This document shows positions 1-9,529 of a stretch of 64,000 nt of DNA, piece by piece. Where the stretch lies: positions 62,001 through 126,000 of IMG/VR virus record IMGVR_UViG_3300010885_047022. One strand, written 5' to 3'. Position 1 is the stretch's first letter; each line of letters starts with the position of its first letter. The translations under genes were made by a program, and so were the position numbers. Under the pieces are notes generated by a model. It searched no databases. It was not told the origin of the DNA and saw only the letters and a program-made list of their open reading frames with translations. The DNA is from an uncultured virus (IMG/VR IMGVR_UViG_3300010885_047022) (Duplodnaviria; Heunggongvirae; Uroviricota; Caudoviricetes).

Positions 1-2
1 CT

Positions 3-3000
3 AAAAGTTTCCAATGGGTGCATTAGGGGGTGGAGGAATCCTGTAAATCCAGAACCAACCATATTGTCAAAGTATATTCCAGTTTCAACAGTTTTTTCTA
101 CTTGTCTTTCAGCGGGAGCGCCCTTATCTAGGGCAACCGTTACTGGGTATTTTCCGTCGGAAACTGCAGTTATTACTGTAGCTACATTATTTATATTTTC
201 TTGAATTTGATTAGATAGAATATGTGAGAAAGAACTTATGTAATGCAATCTTTGGAATGGTTCACGCACTTCCATGACCGGTTCACCATATTCTCTAGTG
301 AAAGGATTGTCTACAGCCCTAAGAAGTGTTCCTGGTCTGCCTAGCGAATAGTAAATAGAATCATTAAGTGCCTTATTTAAAATGTTAGCTTGTTTTTTAA
401 AATTACCTGCTTCAGAAAGCGCATATCCCATTTGTTGCATGGACAATTTAAACATTGACAAAAGACCAGTAAGTCCGTCAGATATAGCAGTAAAGATGGG
501 TCCAATATTCGTATTCCAGAAATCATTGATTCCATCAACAACCTCACCAACAATATTAGTAGCACTATTGCCTTCACCTCTAGTTGAAACTAATAGTTGT
601 CTAAATTTATCTTGCTTACCTGGCTTAGCATAATCATTATATGGGTCGATAAATGCTCTAAATATTTTATCTACTGGTTTAAAACTCCATTGATCTTTTC
701 CAGTTTTCTTTCTATCTGGCTTTAGAACTAACCAAGCTCTGGCATATGGATCTTCCCACATTCTCTGACGGAAAATTCCAACCATTAAAAGGAATAATTG
801 TTTTGGTGTTTTAATTTTTTTAACTAGTTCAGCTGTAAGAGTTGGACTTTCTGAATCGGAAGATAGACTGAACATCAATGTATTGCTAAGTTTTGTGTTT
901 TTTTCACTTAGGAAATTGTCATGGATTGCCCCTAGAGATTTAACGACAACCGCATTAAAGTAATCTATTAATCCACCTTGATCAATACTTGCATCAATAT
1001 AATTCTGCCTGGCAAATTCAATCGCTGCCTTATAGCTTTCATCACTAAAGGTGTCGGCGCTTGATGAATTAGTTTCATCGTTTACTGTATTAAGATTGGA
1101 TGTAAAATCTGAACCTAAAAGTACTGCAAATTCATCTACTGCGCCTACTGTGCCACCTATAGAATTATTGAAGTGAGCTATGGGTGTATAGCCTGCATAA
1201 TTAGATCCAGTAAGTATATTCTTATAAAAATCTGGAAATTCATTTTCGTTATCTGGATCTAAACTAAATGTGTCAAAAAATATTTTTTTAACACTCTCAT
1301 ACGTATGATAACCAAACCTAAATTGATCCCAAATATCTTCTGCCATTCTTAATGTTCTTCCATCGCCAGCAATGACTGATACTGACGCATCAAAATTTTC
1401 GTCATAGTATGATCTAGCTTCAACACTAATTAAATCTAAAGGAGAATATACTTCAGCAAATGAAACTCTTCCAGAGCCTGTAGAGTTATCTGGCCCTGTT
1501 GTAGTTAATTCATCATCTAGTATTTGATAAAGATTATCTCTTCCCAGGGAACTGTAATCTGCATCTATTACAGCTTGAAAATATGTTTTTTGATCTCCCT
1601 CATTTATGACATTAAGCGGATTGCCGCCATATTGCAAGCCTTCAACGTTAGAAACTAATGAAGTGTCAATAGGACTAAACCGAGTTAGCGAATTATTAAA
1701 CGCATTAGAAATAGCACTTGTCCCAAAACCAAAATCTACGACAGGCGCGCTGGGGTCGATGAATGCTGACCCTGTTGCATAATTTGTAGAGCCTTCTTTT
1801 GGTTTGAACGATCCAAACCCAATGACTTGCCCCATTTCAGAGTCAATAATTTCACCAGTTTGATTTTTTAAGGAAAAGTTAACTGCTGGAGCAATAGATG
1901 AAGACACTACGCCAACTGGAGTTTCATCTGGCACAAAAGCCATATAGCATTCTTGCATAATTGGATAGGGTCTGAATCCAGAATTTCTCCAGTTATTCAT
2001 GTTTTTTATTCCATCATCTGTACCAGTAGCAGCAGAGACATCCATGTTTTCTTCATTAGAATTTCGTGTGATTATACTCAAGTAATAAGCTGCGTCCGGT
2101 GACACTACTGCGCTAGACAATTGGGACTGTTCATCATTGGTACTAATTGTTTTTTCATTACCCCATAAGAAATATGCTGGACGACAAACTACTGCCCTTT
2201 TATTGTTTGGATTATAAACTAAAACTTTTCTAGACTTATAGTCTTTTACTGTTCCGTATAAATCTTCAAAGCCATAATTAGATTTAAATTGACTAATAGT
2301 GTCTTCATCTGCTCCAATTTTACTTGTTTCACTTTGTGAGACTGGATGATATGGCCATTTCATAGCTATATAAAATTGTTCATCTTCAGCTGTTGCCGGG
2401 GAGCCCCATTCTTGGTAGGTTAATTCTCCGTAGTTACCCTTTTGATATTCAAAAGAAAAATTATCATCAACATTATTTGCAGCTATATTTCCTTCAGCGT
2501 TCCTTGACCCTAGCCCACTCATTCTAGGTAAGGGCATTTTAATTACTTTATAGTCTGGCATAAGGTTTAGCGCATCAAAATTAAGCTGTGCTAGATTTAA
2601 TGGACTATCAAGATTGATAGTATCGTCAGATGGAATAAGTGTTAATTTTGATTGTTCAAAGAAAATATACTCTAAACTTTGAAGTTTTAATAAATTATTA
2701 TAATAATCCTTATTACCTTCAGTGATGTGATCACCATCGCTATCATTCATAAACTGCTTAATATCTACAGCAATATCTATAAAAGATGAATTAATAAGTT
2801 GATCTGAAGGAAGATCTTCATTAGCGGTAAAATATGGAAAACTGAATCTTGGGGGTAAATTCCCCAGTTGTTGATGTTTACTCTCTTGATTAGGTCGACT
2901 GTCTTGCGTCCCACCGTTGGGGACTCCATATGGCAAGTGGAGGCCGACATTAACATAACCTTTAGAAACTGGTAATTTAGCTAATATTTTAGTAGGAGCC

Positions 3001-6000
3001 GCTGGATCATAATACGTTGAAGATGGTTGCGCATAAAAGTTAATTACTTTTCCTACTACACTGGATGTCGGTGCGTATATACCACTTGAGGTTAACATGG
3101 ATTGTGACATATCTTGAAATGTTTGACTTGGTTCAGAAGCTTGAAAGAATGCCGCGTAGTCAGCTAAAGGATTAGTATCTTTATTGATTTTATCTAAGAT
3201 AGAAATTAAATCTTGATCAGGATTTTTCATTTGTGGTGCAATAATACCTAATTCTTCTGCTTTTTCTTGCCCAGGAAAACCAGTAGTAATTGGCACTACG
3301 CCAGATGTATATAGCCAATGTGGCTTACCGTAAAAAACTGTTGATCTATCCTCAAATGGTCTAACTGCAACGATATAGTTTGGCAATAGTCTTGCGCACA
3401 TTTCAAATAAATCCCAAACAGTTCTCATATAAGTTTGAGCTCTAAATGAAACCTCATCAAAACCGGGTAGGTCATCATCTGAATTAGGCGATATAATTCC
3501 TAACGTTCTAAATAAATTTGTGCCACCTCTACCACGTATAACGCCAAGCAGTCCTGCACCTGCTACCGCCCCAACACCCATGCCGCCTAAAGCAGCGGCT
3601 CCAGCGGTTATTCCTCCGGCAAATAGGCCCTTAACTAATCCAGCTCTTCCATCTGAATTGACAAGTTGATTATCTTGCGTTAAGAAATCTAATGTATTAT
3701 TACCACCGGTGTCCGATAACCCATAGTTCTCCATTTGACTAGATTCAATTAATTTATTCCAACTACTATCAGTTAATCTACCCAGGTAACCATCCGTCCT
3801 GTCGTTATAGCTATCTTCTTTGACCAGAGAAGATGCTGTGGACCAACCGTCATCCAAGTCCCCCCCAAGGAATTGAGCTATACCTGTCCCGTTGCCTGGA
3901 TAAATATTTCTTTTGAATATTTCAAGATCAACTTGGGCACAGAAATTGGAGAATAATTGACCAACCGCAGAGAGAGAATTTCCTCTATAATTTAGACTGA
4001 AACCTTCAGTTATGCCAACTGCTTTATTCATGAAACTATTATTGCTACCCGCAATACTAAATGCTCCAGTAATACTATCTCTAATAGCATCATTCTTAGC
4101 TTGCTCACCAGTAGTTAATGGCTCATAAAGAATATTTCCAAAATGTCTAATACCAAATCTATTTTCTGAAAATACTGTACCCCTTGTTGCGTGTGCTAAA
4201 GCTTCTCGAGTTCTGGATGCACCCATAGATAGAAGTCTAACCATTAAGTCTCTGGGTTCAGACATGTACATTCCAGTATCTACGCCGCCATCAATTTTTC
4301 CACTATCGCCTTTTTTATTTGTTGAATTCATTACAGCACCTAATTCAATTGCATCAGATTGAGCTGTAATTGTAACTATTTCACCTTGTTCAATATTTGT
4401 AATAACTCCATTAAATATTGTTTGCAGTGAATTTGGATTAGAGCCATATCCTGATCTTAGGTGAACTCTTACTCCCGGCTTTAGTCTTATATTAGCAATG
4501 TCGACAATATATTCGTTCCTCATATGGCCAAGAATATTTCTTGACATATTTAATGTTCTATCAATAATAGAGCTTATTCCCTCAGTCAAGGATAATGAAT
4601 CATTGGAGTTATCGTCTAGATTAGGATTAAATATTTTACTTGATTCATTTTTTGTCAGCTTGCTATAAAGATTTGAAACTCTAAATATTAATGTATCGCC
4701 CAATAGATCTTCTGAGCTTACTACTGAAAAATCTATGATTGATTGTAATCCGTAAAAATTATCAAATAATTTAACACCGGCAAACATTCCACCTTCATCT
4801 ATTAACCATAACATATAGGTTGGGAATGCTCTAATCATTCTTCCTGATATATCTCTATATGATGAATCAACCATCATAGTTTCCCAATGTGACTGCATGT
4901 CTCCATTGTATGAATTCTGGTATTCAGAAATAGCTTTTGCACCTGGGACTCCAGTGTTAACTGTTGTATTTCCAGTTTCAGGAGTTTGAACATCTTTTAA
5001 GTAATTAGTCTGAAGTTTTATAACACCTGAATTTGTTCCATCATTTTCATTGTTAACTTTTTTGATATTATCTCCTCCAGCAGTGAGATAGAATCTTCCA
5101 TTGGATCTGACTTGGTATCCAAAATGCGTACCTGCTGCGGTTTGTAAAATAGATGGTATTTTACCTTCCATAACATCTTTTGGATCGGATGCGGGTATTG
5201 CAAAAATTTGTTTATGAAAATCAACTTCATCAGGATCAAAGCTAACGTATTCTTCATTTGGTAGACTGAAAGCTCCAGTTATAGCAGCTTCTATGGATGT
5301 TGCATTAGATGCACTATTGGGGGATAAATCACCTTGTTGAAAAGGAGCTGCAATAACATCTTCGAAATAGGGATTTATTTCACTAGTTTCTTCTGCAAAA
5401 GTGATAAAGTCTGTTAGTAATTGCACATTTGCAGAATTACTGAACTCGGTATCTCCAGTAACTACGTTTCTAAATATATGTATAAATCTAGATAATCCAA
5501 TTTGATTTGCAATTATATAATCTTTTATTTGATTAACAATTTCTTCAGTGGTTGTTTCATCTGCAGAATTATTATATAAAGTAATAAATTCTAAAATTTT
5601 TGCAGTGATACCAAGTACATCATAACCTTCTCCGCCAACTCCACCGGCTCCGTTTGAATGCGTATCAAAATTATAATCTTGAATCTTCTGATGCTGGGTA
5701 CTAAAACTATTAACAACGTCTTTATCAAACATTTCAAAACTTCTAAAATAAAAATCTGGATCTAGATGCCCTACAACATCGCCACCAGAATTTTTCACAC
5801 TCAAAGGAAAATCTGGATAAGAATTAAACGTTCCCCAGAATTGTTTAATTCTTAAAAATGGATTCTTTTTAGTACTAAATTGATCTATTAGTTCTTTCTG
5901 TTGCGTGCTGCTAAGTTCTTCACGTTTTTGCTGGAATATATCAAAGTCTATTAAACTTAATTGAACATCATACGCGTGCGGGTAATTGGGTATTGTGCTA

Positions 6001-9000
6001 ACACTGTAATTTAGTGGGAGGACATATTTAATACCGCACAAGGCAGTAATGATATTTTTAATACCCAAAAAACCAATGACTCCAGTGGCGTGTTCTAATC
6101 TAGCTAATCCAGAAATATGATCAAATACATTTTTTAGTTTGATTAATTCTTTTTCGCCAATAACAGTCATTGATATATTGATATTGCTATCTCTACCACC
6201 AATATGTTGATACGTTGGTTCATCTTGCATCTGAATTTGAAGTTTAGCAAGACTATTTCCCATGGAAACAGTTACTCCATTAACTATAACGGATTGTGGA
6301 TCTAAGTCGACTTGTATCATGGGCACTTCCCATTCTTTAAATTGGAACGCCCCAGCTCTTTCTCGGGCAGCCTCCATTAAAGATTGAATTGGTCCACTCT
6401 TAAAGAACCTTTCATACAAGGTTGCACTAAATGCTTGTGCTAACTCTTTTCGAACCTTTGCATCAACAGCTGCTCTTGTATCATCTGTTATTTCATCTGC
6501 GGGGATTCCAATTTTATCTAATTTCTCTTTAGTCATTCCTTCTCTTAAATAGTCTAAATAAGATGAAGGATTTTCTGAAATTCTTTCCAAAGAAGTTCTT
6601 ACAGCATTTAGTGATGTTTTTTCTAAGTATTTACCCTGAAAAATATAAGTAGCTTCTTCTGGATACAATAAAGAATATGAATTATAACCATTCTTCAACC
6701 ACTCTTGTTGTGCTGAAGTAACATTCTTGTTTTCTGCAATGAATGAGGCCACAAAATAGGCATAGGCTTGCTCTGCCATATTGTCAGAATTAATACCTGC
6801 CGTCAATATATTTACTGAGTCTTTGACAATATCTTTTGTTGCTTTGGAGAATGAACTTGAAAGTGATATGTCTTGGACTTCTTGTAGAGATACTCCATAT
6901 GAAGTGCTTTGATTGATATCTATGCCTATACTAGACAATAAAGATTCCCATGTACCTTGGCCTAAATCTGTGTACATCTTTTCTTGTTTAGTTCTAAATG
7001 AAGATGTATCTGGTAAAAATATTTTTGTTTGGGTTTCCGCTGGGGCAAATAGGGATATATTATTTCCATTACGCCATTCTGATATTACATTTATATTAAT
7101 TGCACTATCAAATGCTCCAGATTGAGGAATCGTAGGAGTAGGCTCTGGTTGGGCATTGGGGTCTACAATCCCTATTCCAAAACCAAAATCTATTCCTGTT
7201 TTTACAGTATTGTCTGCTTCTTTTACATCAGATTTTTTTAGTAAAAATTCTTCGTTGACATAATCATGCAGATGCCCTGCCGCTTTACCCATATATTGAC
7301 GATACTTACCCCAGTGTATTGCTTGATTAAAATCTTTAATCATTGGAAGAAATGGTTGATGATTAAAATTCAAAAGTTCAAGATCAACCGCTAGGGCGAA
7401 TGGATAATTAGGAATAGTGGAAACGGTCATGCTAGAAAGTGCTACTGCAGTTATTCCATGAACAACATTTAAGTAATGATTCTTAATAGGAAGAAACGGA
7501 GAATATTTAAATGCTGCGACTAGTCCTCTCAGTGAAGAAAGAAATTTATCTATTTTTATTTCTGAATCTCCACCATTTTTAAAGTCAATTTTAAATGTAT
7601 CATTTAAATCTATTTGAGAAGCATTGTCTATTGACAATCCCCAAATTTCTTCATAGTTTGGAAAGAATAATCTCATCCTAACACTAGTCTCTTTATAGCC
7701 AGAATTAAATTTTGGACTATTCTTTTGTCTAATTGCTGCTCCAGTAAGACTGCCAGTCTTGAAAGATGAATTAACATCTATTGATATAGGTGGAACATAA
7801 AAATTAGATGCACCTAATCTTAAGTGAAATATATCTGGAACGTTGGGAGCAATATTTGCTCTAAATGGAGAAGTCTCAAGAACATTTTTAATACGTTGTG
7901 ATGTATTTGTAAATTTGTAAGCCATTTCAAAAATGGCTTTACCTTCTCTAGTTATACCAAAAGCTTTTTCTAGTGACCTGGCAAAATCTTCAGGATTATT
8001 TAAAGTATCTTCTTCTCCGCCACCTTTGCCATTGTTAGAATAATCTCCAACTACTGCTAGTGCATCAACTAGGAACGTTGTTAAGCTTGGAAAATAATAG
8101 GCAATTGACGCAAAAGCTAAAGGATCTTTTTTTAATTGCTGTACAGCTTCAGTCAATGAGATTAACCATGGCAGATCTACTTCTGGGTTGATTACATTAT
8201 CCGCAGAAGCTTTTAGGGTATCTTTACTTCTTAACCTTTTCTTAGCAAATTCAGATATTTCGTAAGCGTATGACGCTAAATTTAAAAGTCCTATGTCTTC
8301 CATTTTGCTAAATAGCATTGAGGAATTCGTGTCACTTAAATCTTTTATTGATTCACTAATTTTAGAAAATACTCGAAAATAAGATGTAGATGTATTAGTA
8401 GAATCTCTATTTCCAAAACCCGCACTCAATAATGCATCCCTGGGGTCATCTATATTAGGGCGAGCTTTAGATACAAAATTAAGAAAATCTAAATAGACTT
8501 GATCTTCCGGATTACTATCTTCTAACTTTTTTTCATCTTCAGAAGATTTAATCTGTTCAATGTTAGCTATTTCAGCTAGAACTGTATCATCAATATTTCT
8601 TCCATTTGCAGTAGTATTCCATAGCTGTAATCTGGCTAGTACCTTGCCCGCTAAAAGCTTTGTAATATTAGGGTAATAACCTGTATAAGCGTACGTTGTA
8701 ATAAAGTGATAAATTACATCGCTTTCGCTCTGCAGATATGGGTTAGCAATGTTGGTCGCATTTTGAACATAAGTATTATACTCATCTATAATAATTGCTG
8801 TCTGTGAAGGAATTCCAACTATAAAAGTAGAAACAGCTATCCTATAGGCAACTAGCGCGTAGCTATCGCTTTCGCCATACTCAAGAAGATCTTTACCCTT
8901 ATATTCATATTGGGCCAAACCACCTGGTGAACCATCATTAAAAAATCGAAATAATTCATCAGGACTAGTGCTTGGGTTGGATAATAATTGCGTTACCTGT

Positions 9001-9065
9001 TCATATAGGGCGGGATGTTCAACAACGTACTTTAGTACATTTTTAGATATTGTATTAATAGCCAT
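3..9065 (-). CDS. Giant (>3021 aa, 3'-truncated) virion structural protein, baseplate hub/tail-tip-like
   Basis: ATG at 9065 with AGGA upstream. Manual translation (MAINTISKNVLKYVVEHPALY...GFLHPLMHPLETF) stays open to the window edge, which explains its absence from the ORF track. Contains hub-like IRLKPGVRVHLRSGYGSNPNSLQTIFNGVITNIEQGEIVTITAQSD, a duplicated STIPNYP module and an RlpA-like segment. Lies downstream of the tape measure. Confidence 0.8.
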   Translation of the reverse strand, partial: MAINTISKNVLKYVVEHPALYEQVTQLLSNPSTSPDELFRFFNDGSPGGLAQYEYKGKDLLEYGESDSYALVAYRIAVSTFIVGIPSQTAIIIDEYNTYVQNATNIANPYLQSESDVIYHFITTYAYTGYYPNITKLLAGKVLARLQLWNTTANGRNIDDTVLAEIANIEQIKSSEDEKKLEDSNPEDQVYLDFLNFVSKARPNIDDPRDALLSAGFGNRDSTNTSTSYFRVFSKISESIKDLSDTNSSMLFSKMEDIGLLNLASYAYEISEFAKKRLRSKDTLKASADNVINPEVDLPWLISLTEAVQQLKKDPLAFASIAYYFPSLTTFLVDALAVVGDYSNNGKGGGEEDTLNNPEDFARSLEKAFGITREGKAIFEMAYKFTNTSQRIKNVLETSPFRANIAPNVPDIFHLRLGASNFYVPPISIDVNSSFKTGSLTGAAIRQKNSPKFNSGYKETSVRMRLFFPNYEEIWGLSIDNASQIDLNDTFKIDFKNGGDSEIKIDKFLSSLRGLVAAFKYSPFLPIKNHYLNVVHGITAVALSSMTVSTIPNYPFALAVDLELLNFNHQPFLPMIKDFNQAIHWGKYRQYMGKAAGHLHDYVNEEFLLKKSDVKEADNTVKTGIDFGFGIGIVDPNAQPEPTPTIPQSGAFDSAININVISEWRNGNNISLFAPAETQTKIFLPDTSSFRTKQEKMYTDLGQGTWESLLSSIGIDINQSTSYGVSLQEVQDISLSSSFSKATKDIVKDSVNILTAGINSDNMAEQAYAYFVASFIAENKNVTSAQQEWLKNGYNSYSLLYPEEATYIFQGKYLEKTSLNAVRTSLERISENPSSYLDYLREGMTKEKLDKIGIPADEITDDTRAAVDAKVRKELAQAFSATLYERFFKSGPIQSLMEAARERAGAFQFKEWEVPMIQVDLDPQSVIVNGVTVSMGNSLAKLQIQMQDEPTYQHIGGRDSNINISMTVIGEKELIKLKNVFDHISGLARLEHATGVIGFLGIKNIITALCGIKYVLPLNYSVSTIPNYPHAYDVQLSLIDFDIFQQKREELSSTQQKELIDQFSTKKNPFLRIKQFWGTFNSYPDFPLSVKNSGGDVVGHLDPDFYFRSFEMFDKDVVNSFSTQHQKIQDYNFDTHSNGAGGVGGEGYDVLGITAKILEFITLYNNSADETTTEEIVNQIKDYIIANQIGLSRFIHIFRNVVTGDTEFSNSANVQLLTDFITFAEETSEINPYFEDVIAAPFQQGDLSPNSASNATSIEAAITGAFSLPNEEYVSFDPDEVDFHKQIFAIPASDPKDVMEGKIPSILQTAAGTHFGYQVRSNGRFYLTAGGDNIKKVNNENDGTNSGVIKLQTNYLKDVQTPETGNTTVNTGVPGAKAISEYQNSYNGDMQSHWETMMVDSSYRDISGRMIRAFPTYMLWLIDEGGMFAGVKLFDNFYGLQSIIDFSVVSSEDLLGDTLIFRVSNLYSKLTKNESSKIFNPNLDDNSNDSLSLTEGISSIIDRTLNMSRNILGHMRNEYIVDIANIRLKPGVRVHLRSGYGSNPNSLQTIFNGVITNIEQGEIVTITAQSDAIELGAVMNSTNKKGDSGKIDGGVDTGMYMSEPRDLMVRLLSMGASRTREALAHATRGTVFSENRFGIRHFGNILYEPLTTGEQAKNDAIRDSITGAFSIAGSNNSFMNKAVGITEGFSLNYRGNSLSAVGQLFSNFCAQVDLEIFKRNIYPGNGTGIAQFLGGDLDDGWSTASSLVKEDSYNDRTDGYLGRLTDSSWNKLIESSQMENYGLSDTGGNNTLDFLTQDNQLVNSDGRAGLVKGLFAGGITAGAAALGGMGVGAVAGAGLLGVIRGRGGTNLFRTLGIISPNSDDDLPGFDEVSFRAQTYMRTVWDLFEMCARLLPNYIVAVRPFEDRSTVFYGKPHWLYTSGVVPITTGFPGQEKAEELGIIAPQMKNPDQDLISILDKINKDTNPLADYAAFFQASEPSQTFQDMSQSMLTSSGIYAPTSSVVGKVINFYAQPSSTYYDPAAPTKILAKLPVSKGYVNVGLHLPYGVPNGGTQDSRPNQESKHQQLGNLPPRFSFPYFTANEDLPSDQLINSSFIDIAVDIKQFMNDSDGDHITEGNKDYYNNLLKLQSLEYIFFEQSKLTLIPSDDTINLDSPLNLAQLNFDALNLMPDYKVIKMPLPRMSGLGSRNAEGNIAANNVDDNFSFEYQKGNYGELTYQEWGSPATAEDEQFYIAMKWPYHPVSQSETSKIGADEDTISQFKSNYGFEDLYGTVKDYKSRKVLVYNPNNKRAVVCRPAYFLWGNEKTISTNDEQSQLSSAVVSPDAAYYLSIITRNSNEENMDVSAATGTDDGIKNMNNWRNSGFRPYPIMQECYMAFVPDETPVGVVSSSIAPAVNFSLKNQTGEIIDSEMGQVIGFGSFKPKEGSTNYATGSAFIDPSAPVVDFGFGTSAISNAFNNSLTRFSPIDTSLVSNVEGLQYGGNPLNVINEGDQKTYFQAVIDADYSSLGRDNLYQILDDELTTTGPDNSTGSGRVSFAEVYSPLDLISVEARSYYDENFDASVSVIAGDGRTLRMAEDIWDQFRFGYHTYESVKKIFFDTFSLDPDNENEFPDFYKNILTGSNYAGYTPIAHFNNSIGGTVGAVDEFAVLLGSDFTSNLNTVNDETNSSSADTFSDESYKAAIEFARQNYIDASIDQGGLIDYFNAVVVKSLGAIHDNFLSEKNTKLSNTLMFSLSSDSESPTLTAELVKKIKTPKQLFLLMVGIFRQRMWEDPYARAWLVLKPDRKKTGKDQWSFKPVDKIFRAFIDPYNDYAKPGKQDKFRQLLVSTRGEGNSATNIVGEVVDGINDFWNTNIGPIFTAISDGLTGLLSMFKLSMQQMGYALSEAGNFKKQANILNKALNDSIYYSLGRPGTLLRAVDNPFTREYGEPVMEVREPFQRLHYISSFSHILSNQIQENINNVATVITAVSDGKYPVTVALDKGAPAERQVEKTVETGIYFDNMVGSGFTGFLHPLMHPLETF

Positions 9066-9073
9066 ATATTATC

Positions 9074-9517
9074 CTATTTAAACATCATATTATTTTTAAC
9101 GATATTATTAATTTTATTGCTGGAAGATCCAGTTGCTGAACTAGAAGTGTAATTATCCATTATACTATATTTTTTATCAATGGGAGGCATATTAAAATTA
9201 AACCTATGATTATTATGAGATATTTGATTTTTATTATATCTGGCTTTTTGAAGTGACTTATTATCATATCCCCTGCCATTCATTTGTAGGACAGTTGAGG
9301 AACTATGCTGTAGTCCTTCGTAGGAACCTTTTAGTTTGTCTGAATTGGATTGTCTAATATTATTCTTAGACTCACCAACAGCTTTTGTCGGAGATGATTT
9401 ACTGGAGGAAATTTTAGCAGAGTAGTTATCCGCATTTTCTTTTCTGTGGGAAGTGTCCCTGGGGCGACTAGCTGCGTCACTGAGCCTTTTATTCTGATCG
9501 CCTGCACCAAAAATCAT
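9074..9517 (-). CDS. Hypothetical basic, Ser/Asn-rich protein (147 aa)
   Basis: Fills the gap between two large genes in operon orientation; AGGT upstream; low-complexity, no recognised motif. Confidence 0.65.
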   Translation of the reverse strand: MIFGAGDQNKRLSDAASRPRDTSHRKENADNYSAKISSSKSSPTKAVGESKNNIRQSNSDKLKGSYEGLQHSSSTVLQMNGRGYDNKSLQKARYNKNQISHNNHRFNFNMPPIDKKYSIMDNYTSSSATGSSSNKINNIVKNNMMFK

Positions 9518-9529
9518 AAATACCTAACC

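Noticed and set aside
377..7125. Short track ORFs 377-577, 382-633, 5018-5257 and 6913-7125
   Set aside because: They are out-of-frame or antisense shadows within the giant ORF.
1..9065. Apparent 9-kb non-coding region or stop-codon recoding
   Set aside because: It is one open minus-strand frame truncated by the window edge. TAA, TAG and TGA all end genes at sensible boundaries elsewhere, so no recoding is needed.
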